NCBI GenBank assembly: GCA_964562095.1
Contig: CAZLSH010000001.1
Span: 3,027 to 67,026, forward strand
From: an uncultured Clostridia bacterium
GTDB lineage: Bacteria; Acidobacteriota; Aminicenantia; UBA2199
Direction of reading: 5' to 3'
DNA length: 64,000 nucleotides
Shown: in pieces, positions 34,102-44,576 of the stretch
Layout of the letters: every line of letters begins with the position of its first letter
Numbering within the stretch: position 1 is the stretch's first letter
Notes under the pieces: generated by a model
The model's input: the letters and a program-made list of their open reading frames with translations, nothing else
The model's database searches: none
Told to the model about the DNA's origin: nothing
Translations under genes and position numbers: made by a program

Positions 34102-35571
34102 ATGGTATACTTTTTAATGATTTTTGCGGACTCCCTTTTCATCCCGTTTTTCACGGCTGTTTTTTTTCTTCACTTTATCCTTCCCCGCCGATTACGCTGG
34201 GTCGTCCTGCTGATCGCCAGTTATCTTTTTTATGGATTCCTAGAAGTCAGTTTTTCCGTCTGTTTGTTGGTCATCACGATATTCGTGTATCTGGCGGGGC
34301 TCTGGATCGGGCATGGCCGGATCCAGCGCAAATGGGTCCTGTTCACCGGCCTGGCATTTCCCCTGGGTGCGCTGGTCTATTTCAAATATACCCATTTCTT
34401 TCTCACCATTTTGCGGGATATTTTTCATTCCGCCCCCGGCGTGACCCCGCCGGTTTCCTTCTCCATCGTCATGCCGGTGGGGATATCGTTTTATGTGTTC
34501 AAGGCCATCAGCTATCTGCTGGACGTGTACCACAAAAAAATGCCGGCCGAAAGGCATTTCGGATATTTCGCCCTGTATATTTCCTTTTTCCCGCAACTGT
34601 TGGCGGGCCCCATTGAACGTTCCACCGCCTTCCTGCCGGAATTGAAAAGGGAGGGCCGTTTCCAGCTGGATCATTTGCGCGCGGGGCTCAAGCTGTTCAT
34701 CTGGGGATTATTCAAGAAACTGGTCGTCGCCGACAACCTGGCCCGGTTTGTCGGCCAGGCTTTTTCTGAAACAGGGTCCCAAGCCGGTTTTTCCCTGTTG
34801 CTGGGGGCGATATTTTTCTCGTTCCAAATTTATTGCGATTTTTCGGGATATTCGGACATCGCCATTGGTTTGGGAAGAATGCTGGGCTACCGAACCCATG
34901 TCAATTTCAATTATCCCTATTTCAGCAAAAACATAGGGGAATTCTGGAGCCGATGGCATATTTCCCTGTCCTGGTGGCTTCGCGATTACCTCTTTTTGCC
35001 CCTGGCCTATTCCACCATGCGCAAGATGGAGAAATTTGCGCGCTTCCCCCTGAAACTGGAATCCCAGGCCTATATTTGGGCGACCATGGTCACCATGCTT
35101 CTTGCCGGGTTATGGCATGGGGCGAATTGGACCTACGTGACCTGGGGCGGCCTGATCGGTGTTTTTCTGGTGCTTTCATTTTTAACGAAAAAACCGAGGA
35201 AAAACCTGGTCAAGATGCTGTGGCGCAATAGGGCCAAGCCCGTATTGGACGGATTCAGGATCGTCTATACTTTCTTCATGATCACCCTGGCCTGGATCTT
35301 CTTCAGGGCGGAATCCGTGGCGGACGCCTTGACCTACATCTCCAGAATTTCTTTGCGCATGGAATCCAAGGGCATGGGCGGCATCATTTTTTATTCCGTA
35401 ATCGTTCTCGTCTTCATGCTGGCGGAAAAGATGGTGAAGGATTTCAAGCCGGGGAATTGGCTGTCAAGGATCCCGTCTCCCATCCGCCTGGCCGGCTATG
35501 CGCTTGTCGTGTGCATCATCATCATTTTCGGCGCGGACAATTCCAATGAGTTTCTTTACTTCTCTTTCTAA
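34102..35571 (+). CDS. MBOAT-family membrane-bound O-acyltransferase (AlgI/DltB/PatA-like)
   Basis: Polytopic protein with the conserved MBOAT His region (WHISLSWWLRDYLF); 489 aa from MVYFLMIF. Confidence 0.85.
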   Translation: MVYFLMIFADSLFIPFFTAVFFLHFILPRRLRWVVLLIASYLFYGFLEVSFSVCLLVITIFVYLAGLWIGHGRIQRKWVLFTGLAFPLGALVYFKYTHFFLTILRDIFHSAPGVTPPVSFSIVMPVGISFYVFKAISYLLDVYHKKMPAERHFGYFALYISFFPQLLAGPIERSTAFLPELKREGRFQLDHLRAGLKLFIWGLFKKLVVADNLARFVGQAFSETGSQAGFSLLLGAIFFSFQIYCDFSGYSDIAIGLGRMLGYRTHVNFNYPYFSKNIGEFWSRWHISLSWWLRDYLFLPLAYSTMRKMEKFARFPLKLESQAYIWATMVTMLLAGLWHGANWTYVTWGGLIGVFLVLSFLTKKPRKNLVKMLWRNRAKPVLDGFRIVYTFFMITLAWIFFRAESVADALTYISRISLRMESKGMGGIIFYSVIVLVFMLAEKMVKDFKPGNWLSRIPSPIRLAGYALVVCIIIIFGADNSNEFLYFSF

Positions 35572-36544
35572 GAAGAGCGTTCAAAGGGTTTCGGCGGCCG
35601 GCCTGATCCTGATCGGTTCCTTTTTGCTTTTTGACCGCTCACTGGCCTTCGTCCTGAAGCATTTCGCTTCGCAGTGGATCCAGGCCAGGGAAGCAAGGGA
35701 GGGCAGCGTCATTTTTGAAGACGCCCTCAATGTGGATGTGCTGATCATGGGTTCATCCAGGGCCTATCGGGCTTTTGATCCCGACGCGTTGAGCCGGCAG
35801 ACCGGTTATTCGGTGCGCCAGGAAGCTTCCAAGGACAAGTATATCCGCTACAATTACTCGTTTTACAAACAATACCGGGAATATTCCCGCCCACCCAGAA
35901 TACTGATCTGGGGGCTCGATTACTTCATGTTCGCTTTCAGGTCCGGAAAACGGCTCCTGTCCAGGCTGGGCATTTCTGAAGATGCGGGCAAACCGGTCAG
36001 CGATGTGTTCCCCCCCGGCAATGGACGCTTGGGATTCCTGGGCCGGGTTTCCGAGCTCTCCCGGATCAGAGCCCGGTTTCAGGAGATTTTTTTTGATTTC
36101 ATCAATTCCTTCGATCCGGGCGCCGGCAGTGCCGGGAAGCGCATTCATACCCGGCATCAGGGGCATATTCAGGGGATCGGCAATCCGAAGAAGTTCCGCA
36201 AGTTCAAGTTCCCCGCCCCGCCGGGGCATGAAGGGGAGTACCTGGATGCATTTTTTAACCTGCTGAGCAAGGACGGCGTGACGGTTTATCTCGTCATGCT
36301 GCCTGACTATTATGGCACCTATCTCAGCCATGCGTCCGAGGATCAATATGAGGCGGAATGGCGGCGGATCGCCCAGCGCCATGACTCCGTCCAGTTGATC
36401 AACTTCAACGACCCCGCCCGCTTCGATCTCAAAAACCATCTGCTGTTCAAGGACGGAGGCTTCGGCAGGATATCCAGCCATTTGAACTATCCAGGGGCGG
36501 TCATACTGACCCGGCATCTGGCTGAAATCCTGAATGACCGCTGA
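35546..36544 (+). CDS. DltD/AlgJ-like partner protein of MBOAT (putative SGNH-like acyl-transfer protein)
   Basis: N-terminal TM anchor followed by VLIMGSSRA, as in DltD/DUF1574; overlaps the MBOAT gene by 26 nt. Confidence 0.45.
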   Translation: MSFFTSLSKKSVQRVSAAGLILIGSFLLFDRSLAFVLKHFASQWIQAREAREGSVIFEDALNVDVLIMGSSRAYRAFDPDALSRQTGYSVRQEASKDKYIRYNYSFYKQYREYSRPPRILIWGLDYFMFAFRSGKRLLSRLGISEDAGKPVSDVFPPGNGRLGFLGRVSELSRIRARFQEIFFDFINSFDPGAGSAGKRIHTRHQGHIQGIGNPKKFRKFKFPAPPGHEGEYLDAFFNLLSKDGVTVYLVMLPDYYGTYLSHASEDQYEAEWRRIAQRHDSVQLINFNDPARFDLKNHLLFKDGGFGRISSHLNYPGAVILTRHLAEILNDR

Positions 36545-36568
36545 CCCGGCCGATTGATTTGCGGGTAT

Positions 36569-38074
36569 TCAGGACCGGCGGCGCTGGCTTCTGTCCCGGA
36601 CCAGGATCCGGATGAATTTGACCAGCAGCAGCAGGGCGGCAGCGTAAGGGAAAAGATAACCCCAACGATTGAAAATGGTCCGTGCTTTCAGGTATTGGAA
36701 GCGGGCCATGAATTCCTGAGATTCCCGCAAGGGGGATTGGTGGACGATGCGGCCGGCAGGATCCACCAGCGCGGAAATTCCGTTGGAAGTGGAGCGCAGC
36801 AGCCAACGGCGGTTCTCCACGCTGCGCAGAACCGCCATGGCCAGGTGCTGGTAAGGAGCCGATGATCTCCCGAACCAGGAGTCGTTGGAGATGGTCACGA
36901 TCAATTCGCCGCCCATGGCGATCATGGCGCGAACCAGCTCCGGGTAAATGACCTCATAGCAGATCGGGGTCGACACGGCATGCCCCGCCAGGAGCAGGTT
37001 GTGGATCCGCCGCCCCGGGGAAAAATCGCCGATCTCGTCGGTGATCTTCCTGACGAAAAACAGCCAGCGCCGGAACAGGACGTATTCACCGAACGGGGTC
37101 AGGTGCGTCTTGTCATAGGTTGCAACCTCACCCCCCTGGAACAGCATGACCGTGTTGAATGTCCCCGCCGATCCCCGCTGGTCGGTGAATCCGGCCAGCA
37201 ACGGGGCATGCCGGCGGCTGAAGGCCAGCAGCTGCTGTTGGTAATAAGGCGCTTGCCGGGGATAGATGGGCACGGTGAACTCGGGCCAGACCACGAACTC
37301 GGCTCCGGCCCGGGCCAAGTCCCGGGAAACCGCGAGCAGCCGGTCCAGCGTCGCCTGAGTGCGGGCGAAATCGAAATTCCGGTCGTGATCGCTGTTGGGC
37401 TGGACGATCCCGGCCTGATGCGCCGCTGCGAAACCTGAACGGGACTCGTGGCCCTTGAGCAGCGCCAGGCCGCCGGCATGGGCCACGACCAGGAAGGCTG
37501 CGAGCGCCAGGGCGGCTTTCCTGTCCTTGCGCTTGAGCAGCAGGAAAAACAGCACGTTGGCGGCGATGAGCAGGAACGAGACCAGATGGATGCCGCCCAG
37601 CTCGGCCCACTGGATGAAGAAGCGGTTACGGAACTGGGAATAGCCGGCGAGGCACCAGGGGAAACCGCCGAAGATCTTTTCCACGAGCAGGTCCTTGGCC
37701 ACCCAGACCGCCGGGACCCAGAAGACGGGCGCGAATCCGCCGGCGCCGGCGGATATCCTGCCGATCAGCATGCCGGCCAGTCCGGCGATGAGCGAAAAAA
37801 AGGCGGCCAGGCAGGCCAGACCGACGATGCCCAGAAACCAGGTTGTCCCCCCGTAACGGACCATCACCCGGGGGATCCAGTACAGGATGATCAGGTGGGA
37901 AACCAGAGAAAAGATAAAAAATAGGCGGAAGTTCGCAGCCGGCCTGCGGTCCGCCAGCGCCGGCAGCAGCGGCACCAGGAACACGAAAGCCAGCGGGGCC
38001 AGTTGCGGGGCGGGAAAAGCCAGCCCGTAAGCGAGGGCGGCGGCGAATCCCGGGAGAAGACGCGAGCGGCTCAA
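36569..38074 (-). CDS. lnt: apolipoprotein N-acyltransferase
   Basis: N-terminal multi-TM region plus a CN-hydrolase domain with a conserved Cys region; 501 aa. Confidence 0.85.
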   Translation of the reverse strand: MSRSRLLPGFAAALAYGLAFPAPQLAPLAFVFLVPLLPALADRRPAANFRLFFIFSLVSHLIILYWIPRVMVRYGGTTWFLGIVGLACLAAFFSLIAGLAGMLIGRISAGAGGFAPVFWVPAVWVAKDLLVEKIFGGFPWCLAGYSQFRNRFFIQWAELGGIHLVSFLLIAANVLFFLLLKRKDRKAALALAAFLVVAHAGGLALLKGHESRSGFAAAHQAGIVQPNSDHDRNFDFARTQATLDRLLAVSRDLARAGAEFVVWPEFTVPIYPRQAPYYQQQLLAFSRRHAPLLAGFTDQRGSAGTFNTVMLFQGGEVATYDKTHLTPFGEYVLFRRWLFFVRKITDEIGDFSPGRRIHNLLLAGHAVSTPICYEVIYPELVRAMIAMGGELIVTISNDSWFGRSSAPYQHLAMAVLRSVENRRWLLRSTSNGISALVDPAGRIVHQSPLRESQEFMARFQYLKARTIFNRWGYLFPYAAALLLLVKFIRILVRDRSQRRRS

Positions 38075-38640
38075 CGCGATTTTTTAATTGTGAATTTCGC
38101 CTTCTCCCGATTCTCCAGGCTGCTTTTTTCCTTCTGGGCCTCGGCCAGGGAAGCGAAGCTTCCCACCTGGACGGTATGCAGCTTCTTCTGGTTGTCGGTG
38201 ATGATGGCGGTCGGGTAACCGAGGCCGGTGAATCTGCGGCTGCATCTCTGGGCATTGGCGAAATCGGCAAAGGCGCCCACCTGGATGGTGTAGTTCGTCT
38301 CGGCGGCAGGGCTTTTCGCCGGCGCCGGCCGCGGCTCCGCGGCCGTGGTCTGCGCAGCCTCCTGCTCCTCGTGCAGCTTGATCTCCGCGGGGATGGACTG
38401 CCGGGGGGCGGTTCGGGCCGGCGCAGCGGGCGCGGGGATGTCCTCCACGACGTTCAACTCGCTGCTGGCGGCGGCCTCCTCCCCCCCCTGCTCGTTGGCG
38501 ATTGCCGTGCGCGGGTCGGAACGGCGTTGTCCGGCCTGGTAGCCCATATAAAAGAGGAAGATGCCGATGGCGATGACCGCGACCAGGAAGACGACGATGT
38601 GCAGGAACGTGATCTTGAATTCGAAATAGGTTTTTTCCAT
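38071..38640 (-). CDS. SPOR-domain protein (single TM, septal peptidoglycan-binding domain)
   Basis: C-terminal YTIQVGAF…TVQVGSFASLAEAQ is a typical SPOR repeat pair. Confidence 0.75.
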   Translation of the reverse strand: MEKTYFEFKITFLHIVVFLVAVIAIGIFLFYMGYQAGQRRSDPRTAIANEQGGEEAAASSELNVVEDIPAPAAPARTAPRQSIPAEIKLHEEQEAAQTTAAEPRPAPAKSPAAETNYTIQVGAFADFANAQRCSRRFTGLGYPTAIITDNQKKLHTVQVGSFASLAEAQKEKSSLENREKAKFTIKKSR

Positions 38641-39396
38641 TTATTTTTTTTCGAACAATCCCTTCATCAGGTCGATGGGCATGGGGAAGATGATGGTCGA
38701 CGTGTTCTCGGCGCCGATCTCCACCAGCGTCTGCAGATAGCGCAATTGGATCGTCGAGGGGTTCTTGGAGAGGGTCTCGGCGGCCTCGAGCAGCTTGGCC
38801 GAAGCCTGCTGCTCACCCTCGGCGTGGATGATCTTGGCCCGCCGTTCCCTTTCGGCTTCGGCCTGACGGGCCATGGCGCGCTGCATCTCCTGCGGCAGGT
38901 CGACGTGCTTGATCTCCACCATCGACACCTTGATGCCCCAGGGATCGGTATGCTCGTCGATGATCGTCTGCAGGCGCGCGTTCAGTTTTTCCCTTTCCGA
39001 CAGCAGCTCGTCCAGTTCGACCTGGCCCAGGACCGAGCGCAGCGTGGTCTGGGACAGTTGCGATGTGGCGTACAGATAGTCCTGGACCTCGATCACCGCC
39101 TTTTTCGGGTCGACCACGCGGAAATAGATCACGGCGTTCACCTTGACCGAGACATTGTCGCGGGTAATGACGTCCTGGGGGGGGACGTCAAGGACGATGG
39201 TCCGCAGCCCGATGCGCACCAGTTTGTCGATGGGGGAGAGCACCAGGGTCAGTCCCGGTCCCTTGGGCTGGTCAAGGACGCGACCCAGACGGAAGACGAC
39301 CCCGCGCTCGTACTCCTTCAGCACCTTGATCCAGTTTAAAATGAAAAAAATGGCGATGATGGCCACGACCAGCAGCGGATTGGCAAAAATATTCAT
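38641..39396 (-). CDS. SPFH/band-7 (stomatin-like) protein
   Basis: N-terminal TM segment plus an SPFH domain ([18 protein letters not shown]…). Confidence 0.85.
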   Translation of the reverse strand: MNIFANPLLVVAIIAIFFILNWIKVLKEYERGVVFRLGRVLDQPKGPGLTLVLSPIDKLVRIGLRTIVLDVPPQDVITRDNVSVKVNAVIYFRVVDPKKAVIEVQDYLYATSQLSQTTLRSVLGQVELDELLSEREKLNARLQTIIDEHTDPWGIKVSMVEIKHVDLPQEMQRAMARQAEAERERRAKIIHAEGEQQASAKLLEAAETLSKNPSTIQLRYLQTLVEIGAENTSTIIFPMPIDLMKGLFEKK

Positions 39397-39397
39397 G

Positions 39398-40672
39398 TTA
39401 TCCTCCTGACTTTTTTACTTTCAGCAGCAGGTTCTTCACCGTTTCGACCTCCACCCTGCTCCCGGCCGCGATCGGGGCGTCGCTGACCGCGTTCCACCAC
39501 TCGCCATGGACGAAGACTTTGCCCTGGCGGGCATCGATGTCGGTCCTGGCCACGCCGGTCTCGCCGATGAGGCCTTCGACGCCGGTCTCTTTTTTTCGTT
39601 TCATGGCCTGAAAGACCTTCCAGGTCAGGAAGAGCAGTATGCAGCCGAAACAAACGGCGAACGTCATGATGATGGGCATGGCCGGCCTCATTTCCGGAAT
39701 GGGGGATTTGATCAGCATGATCGAGCCCAGGACGAAGGAAGCGATCCCGCCGACGCCGAGCACTCCGAACCCCTGCACCTTGATCTCGGCGATGAAAAAT
39801 CCGATCGACAGGAGGATGAGGAACAACCCGACGTAGTTGATCGGCAGTACCTGGAAGGCCAGGAACGCCAGCAGCAGCGAAATTCCGCCCAGGATGCCGG
39901 GAATGACCCCGCCCGGGTGGGTGAACTCGATATACAGCCCGATCAGGCCGAATATGAGGAGAAAATAGGCCAGGTTGGGATTGGTGATCGTGCGCAGGAA
40001 CTTTTGCCGGTCGCTCATTTCCAGCTCGACGATCGTCTCGTCCCGCAGGTCCAGGGTGACCTCGCCGCCGCCGGCGAGAGCGACGGTCCGGCCCTGCAGG
40101 CGTTCGATCAGCTCCTTGAGGTCGGCGACGACCAGGTCGGCCAGTCCGCCTTTCAGGCACTCCTCCGCCGTGTAGGAGCTGCTCTCGCGCACCGCCTTCT
40201 CGGCCATCTCTTCGCTGCGCCGGTGCTTCCTGGCCAGGGTCTTGATGTACGAAGCGGCATCGTTGGTGACCTTTTCCTTCATGGTCTTTTCAATGTCGCC
40301 GCCGGTGACCGACACGGGGTGGGCGGCGCCGGTGTTGGTCCCCGGGGCCATGGCGGCGATATCGGCCGCCAACAGGATGAAGAAACCGGCCGAAGCGGCG
40401 CGGGCGCCCTGAGGCGAGACAAAGACAACCACCGGCACGCCGCTGCCGAGCATGGCCTTGATGATGGCGCGCATGGACGTGTCAAAGCCCCCCGGGGTGT
40501 CGATGCCGATGACCACCAGGCGCGCATCTCCCTTCTGCCGGATCGTGTTCAGGGAGCTCACGGCGTATTCCTCCAGCAGCGGGTCCACGGGCCCGTCGAA
40601 ACGCAGGGAATAAATCTCGGCGCCCAGCCAGAAAGGGATGGCGGCCAGCAGAAAGACGAGGGTCTTCTTCAT
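39398..40672 (-). CDS. NfeD-family membrane-bound serine protease (ClpP-class)
   Basis: Signal peptide, ClpP-like domain, multi-TM region and a C-terminal OB-fold; classic nfeD-stomatin pair. Confidence 0.8.
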   Translation of the reverse strand: MKKTLVFLLAAIPFWLGAEIYSLRFDGPVDPLLEEYAVSSLNTIRQKGDARLVVIGIDTPGGFDTSMRAIIKAMLGSGVPVVVFVSPQGARAASAGFFILLAADIAAMAPGTNTGAAHPVSVTGGDIEKTMKEKVTNDAASYIKTLARKHRRSEEMAEKAVRESSSYTAEECLKGGLADLVVADLKELIERLQGRTVALAGGGEVTLDLRDETIVELEMSDRQKFLRTITNPNLAYFLLIFGLIGLYIEFTHPGGVIPGILGGISLLLAFLAFQVLPINYVGLFLILLSIGFFIAEIKVQGFGVLGVGGIASFVLGSIMLIKSPIPEMRPAMPIIMTFAVCFGCILLFLTWKVFQAMKRKKETGVEGLIGETGVARTDIDARQGKVFVHGEWWNAVSDAPIAAGSRVEVETVKNLLLKVKKSGG

Positions 40673-40687
40673 TAATTGGGATTATAG

Positions 40688-40742
40688 TGAAACAGGAAAT
40701 AAAAATCAAACGGGCCGGGGCGCGGCGGTGAAACGGCGCGCT
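40688..40742 (-). terminator. putative rho-independent terminator after lpdA
   Basis: On the minus strand, GCGCGCCG-TTTCAC-CGCCGCGCC stem (7 of 8 bp) followed by a T-rich tract (GTTTGATTTTTATTT). Confidence 0.35.
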
Positions 40743-40744
40743 CG

Positions 40745-42112
40745 CTACATGTGGACCGAGAAGCCCCCGATCTCGCCCAGCGCTTCCCAGACGTTCTCGC
40801 TCAGCGTGGGGTGGATGCAGACAAGGTCCTTGAATTCATCCGCTTTCAGGCCGCGCGTGACGGCGTAGGTCAGCAGCGGCAGGAGCTCGCCGGCTTCGGC
40901 GCCGACGATGTGGGCGCCGAGGATCGTCTGGTCCTCGGCGGCGACCACCTTGACCAGGCCGGATTTTTCGTCGATGGCATTGGCCCGCGATCCGGCGGCA
41001 TAGGGGAAGCGGCCGATCGTGACCTTACGCCCCTCCTGCAAGGCCTGGGCTTCGCTGAAACCGACGGTGGCCATCTCGGGGAAAGTGAAAATGGCCGCCG
41101 GCTGGGGAAGATGGACGACCGGCCTTTTCTCGACGATGAAATCCACGATGGCCATGGCCTGATGCGAGGCCTTATGGGCCAGCATTGGCGGGCCGACCAC
41201 GTCGCCGCAGGCAAAGATCCCGGGGACGGCCGTCTCCAGGTTCGGTGAAACGGGGATGAAGCCCTTGGCGTCGAGGCTTAGCCCGAGCCCGGGGGCGAAC
41301 AGTCCCGCTGTGTTGGGCAGGCGGCCCACGGCCAGCAGCACCTTGTGGAATTCCTCCTGCCATTGCTTGTCGCCCTGCTTGAAATCCAGACCGAGCCTTT
41401 CGCCGCGGCGGGGGTTGCTGATGGCGGTGCCCGTATAAATAGTGATGTTCTGCTTGATCAGCTCGTTCTTCAAGATGGCGGCGATCTCGCGGTCGCTGCC
41501 CGGGACGATGGTCTCCATGATCTCCACCACCGTTACCTTGCAGCCCAGGTAGCTGTAGATCAGCGCCCATTCCAGCCCAACGGCGCCGGCGCCGACCACC
41601 AGCATGGTCTCGGGCACGGCTTCCAGCTTCAGCAGTTCGTCGGAACTGACGACTTGCCGGCCGTCCCATTTCAGGAACGGCAGCTCGGCCGGCCTGGAGC
41701 CGGGGGCGACCACGATATGGCGGGCCGTCGCTTCCCTCTGGCCGTCGATCATGACGGTGTTGGCCCCCGTCACCTGGCCCCGGCCCTTGATGAGCTGGAT
41801 GCCGTGTTGCTTGAAAAGGATCTCGATGCCGCGGGTCTGCTTGCTGATGATGCGCGTCTTGCGGCGCTCGATCTCCTCGAGGGAAAACCCGAATTTTTCA
41901 ACGTGCACGCCGATCTTGGCGAAGTCGTTGATCTGTTTGATGGCCTTGACCGAGTGCAGGATGGCTTTGGTGGGGATACAGCCCCGCTGCAGGCAGGTGC
42001 CGCCCGGCAGGTCCATTTCCACCACTGCCGCCTTCAGGCCCCTCTTGGCCGCAACGATGGCTCCTTCATAGCCGGCCGGTCCAGCGCCGATAAACAGGAT
42101 GTCATGATCCAT
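40745..42112 (-). CDS. lpdA: dihydrolipoyl dehydrogenase
   Basis: FAD motif GAGPAGY and redox-active disulfide GGTCLQRGCIPTK. Confidence 0.9.
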   Translation of the reverse strand: MDHDILFIGAGPAGYEGAIVAAKRGLKAAVVEMDLPGGTCLQRGCIPTKAILHSVKAIKQINDFAKIGVHVEKFGFSLEEIERRKTRIISKQTRGIEILFKQHGIQLIKGRGQVTGANTVMIDGQREATARHIVVAPGSRPAELPFLKWDGRQVVSSDELLKLEAVPETMLVVGAGAVGLEWALIYSYLGCKVTVVEIMETIVPGSDREIAAILKNELIKQNITIYTGTAISNPRRGERLGLDFKQGDKQWQEEFHKVLLAVGRLPNTAGLFAPGLGLSLDAKGFIPVSPNLETAVPGIFACGDVVGPPMLAHKASHQAMAIVDFIVEKRPVVHLPQPAAIFTFPEMATVGFSEAQALQEGRKVTIGRFPYAAGSRANAIDEKSGLVKVVAAEDQTILGAHIVGAEAGELLPLLTYAVTRGLKADEFKDLVCIHPTLSENVWEALGEIGGFSVHM

Positions 42113-42139
42113 GGTCGCTCCTTGCGTTTTACGCGTCTT

Positions 42140-43252
42140 TCAGCGCTTCATCTCCGCCAGCGCCTCCCCCAGCATGTCGATGAAGAAGTCATTCTCCTCC
42201 TCCAGGCCGATGCTGACGCGCATGGCATCGGGGATGCCGAAACCGGCCATGGGGCGGATGATCACGCCCCGCTTCAGCAGCCGCAGGTTCAGCCCGTCCA
42301 CATCCACCTCGGGGAAGAAAAGGAGGAAATTGGTCTGCGAGGGGATGACGCGCAGCCCCAGCGCTTGCAGCCGCGCAAGAAGCTTGGCCTTGTTGCGGCG
42401 GTTCAGGTTCACCGAGCGCTCCTTGAACGCATCGCTTTCCAGGGAGGCAACGGCGGCGCGCTGGCCGATGCGCGTGACGTTGAACGGCGGTTTGACGCGG
42501 TTGAGAATGGCGATGAACTCGGGGTGGGCCAGGGCATAGCCGACGCGCAGGCCGGCCAAACCGTAGACCTTGGAGAAGGTGCGCAGGACGATCACGTTCT
42601 TCCGGGTCTTGATCTCATCCAGGCCGGTGACGTAGTCGCCGGGGTCGTCGATGTATTCCTGGTAGGCGTTGTCCAGCACGACGATGCGGTCATGGGGGAC
42701 GCGGGCGATGAAGGCGCGCACGGCGGCGCCGGGGAGGATGGTGCCGGTGGGGTTGTTGGGATTGGTGATGAAGATGATCTTGGCGGCGTCGTCGATGCGC
42801 CCGGCGATGGCCTCCAGGTCGAAACGCAGCTCGCGGTCCATCGGCGCCTCGACGAAAGCCGCTGCTCCGGCGAACTCGACGGTGGCGCTCTTGTACAGCG
42901 AGAATGTCTTTTCCGAGGTCAGGACCTTTTCGCCCGGCTTGAGGAACGCGCGGATCAGCATCTGGATGATCTCCACCGAACCGGCCCCGGCGATGACGTT
43001 CTCCAGCCTCACGCCGTTGTACTCGGCGATGCGCCGGCGCAGGGAATAGTTGTCGGAGTCGGGATAATACTGCAGTTGGGCAATCTCGTCGGCAATGGCC
43101 TGGCGGACGTTTTCGGGGATGGGCAGCATATTCTCGTTGGAGGCCAGCTTGACGACCCTGGACAGGCCGAACTCGCGCTGGATGTCCTCGACCGGTTTTC
43201 CCGGTTTGTAGGGCGAGACTTCCAAGACGTGGGGGTTGACCAGTGTTTCCAT
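42140..43252 (-). CDS. hisC: histidinol-phosphate aminotransferase
   Basis: Class-II aminotransferase with PLP Lys region (TFSKVYGLAGLRVGY). Confidence 0.85.
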   Translation of the reverse strand: METLVNPHVLEVSPYKPGKPVEDIQREFGLSRVVKLASNENMLPIPENVRQAIADEIAQLQYYPDSDNYSLRRRIAEYNGVRLENVIAGAGSVEIIQMLIRAFLKPGEKVLTSEKTFSLYKSATVEFAGAAAFVEAPMDRELRFDLEAIAGRIDDAAKIIFITNPNNPTGTILPGAAVRAFIARVPHDRIVVLDNAYQEYIDDPGDYVTGLDEIKTRKNVIVLRTFSKVYGLAGLRVGYALAHPEFIAILNRVKPPFNVTRIGQRAAVASLESDAFKERSVNLNRRNKAKLLARLQALGLRVIPSQTNFLLFFPEVDVDGLNLRLLKRGVIIRPMAGFGIPDAMRVSIGLEEENDFFIDMLGEALAEMKR

Positions 43253-43261
43253 CGGTTCCTC

Positions 43262-43837
43262 CTATTCCTTAAACAGCGAAGGTTGTTCCTTTTCCTCGAA
43301 CAGCTCGGTCAGTTCTTCCAGGGAGGGAAGCTCCGACAGGTCGTTCAGCCCGAAGTAGATCAGGAATTCCTGAGTGGTGGCGTAGAGCGCGGGCAGCCCC
43401 GGCACTTTTTTGCGGCCGGTGATCTTGATCAGTTTTTTCTGCAGCAGGCTCTTCACCGGCCCGGTGGAGTTGACGCCGCGCATGTCGGAGATCTCGGCCA
43501 GGGTGGCCGGCTGGCGATAGGCGATGATCGAAAGCGTCTCCAGCGAGGCCAGGGTCAGCTTGGCGGACTGCTTGACGGTGAAGAAGCGCTTCAGCTCGTC
43601 ATGCAGGTCCGGCTTGGTCACCAGCTGCAGGCCGCCGCCGCTGCGTTTCAGCAGCAGGCCGCGCTCGGGGCGCTCCAGCAGATGCTCCTTCTCCATCGAG
43701 TCCAGAAGCTGTTCAAACTCCGTGATATCCGTCATGGCGAGGAATTCCATGACCCGCCCCGGCTCCACCGGCTCCTTAGAGACGAAGAGGATGGCCTCGA
43801 TCAGGGCGACATGCCGTGCGATCTGTTCTTTGTCCAT
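43262..43837 (-). CDS. scpB: segregation and condensation protein B
   Basis: 191 aa winged-helix ScpB-like sequence (IEAILFVS…) immediately downstream of scpA. Confidence 0.8.
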   Translation of the reverse strand: MDKEQIARHVALIEAILFVSKEPVEPGRVMEFLAMTDITEFEQLLDSMEKEHLLERPERGLLLKRSGGGLQLVTKPDLHDELKRFFTVKQSAKLTLASLETLSIIAYRQPATLAEISDMRGVNSTGPVKSLLQKKLIKITGRKKVPGLPALYATTQEFLIYFGLNDLSELPSLEELTELFEEKEQPSLFKE

Positions 43838-43841
43838 GGGA

Positions 43842-44576
43842 TCAGTTTTCCAGCTTCCCGGCCTCGTTCCTGAAGACGGAGATGGTGCCGAACAGCTGCT
43901 CCTGGACGGCGACCAGCAGGTGGCGCTTGATCATCTCCAGCAGGGTGAAGAAACTGACGACGATCTCCTCGACGGAATCGAGCTTCGCGACATAGACGCT
44001 GAAGTCGAGGAAGCCGCTGCTCTTCAGGATGGCCAGGATCTCCGCCTGCTTTTCGGCGATGGAGTAGTTCTTGGAGGCGATGTACAGGAACTGCTCGTTC
44101 TCCTTCTTCTTGACGATGTCGAAAAAGATCTCGGCCAGTTGGAAGGCCGACACCTCTTTCAGGGCGTACTCGCGCTGGGTGAAGCTCTCGTTCATTTCCA
44201 GGCGCCGCCACAGCAGGAGCTCGGTGTACTCCATCTCCTGCAGCAGGCGCGAGATCTTCTGGACCTTCTCGTACTCGATCAGGGTGTGGATCAGCTGCTT
44301 CTCGGGAGAGTCCTCGCCGGGGATCTCGGGCTTGGGCAGCAGCGAGCGCGACTTGATGTAGATCAGGGTGGCGGCAGTCATGAGGAACTCGCTTTCCCGC
44401 GTGGGATTGATGCCGCGCTTGCTCTCCAGGTAGGAAAGATACTCGGTGGTGATCCGCGACAGGCGCACGTCGGCGATGTTCATCTTGTTCTTGCGGATCA
44501 GGTGCAGCAGCAGGTCGAGCGGCCCCGCAAAGAATTCGGTCTGGATTTGATAACCGGAGAACTCCGTTTCCATCAT
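43842..44576 (-). CDS. scpA: segregation and condensation protein A
   Basis: Contains the LLDLLHLIRKNKMNI motif typical of ScpA. Confidence 0.8.
   Translation of the reverse strand: MMETEFSGYQIQTEFFAGPLDLLLHLIRKNKMNIADVRLSRITTEYLSYLESKRGINPTRESEFLMTAATLIYIKSRSLLPKPEIPGEDSPEKQLIHTLIEYEKVQKISRLLQEMEYTELLLWRRLEMNESFTQREYALKEVSAFQLAEIFFDIVKKKENEQFLYIASKNYSIAEKQAEILAILKSSGFLDFSVYVAKLDSVEEIVVSFFTLLEMIKRHLLVAVQEQLFGTISVFRNEAGKLEN

Noticed and set aside
41345-43873. 842-aa plus-strand ORF (the longest in the track)
   Set aside because: It lies antisense to and fully overlaps lpdA, hisC and scpB, which have clear conserved motifs. The translation is low-complexity and rich in G/A/D/R/L/Q, typical of spurious open frames in high-GC DNA.
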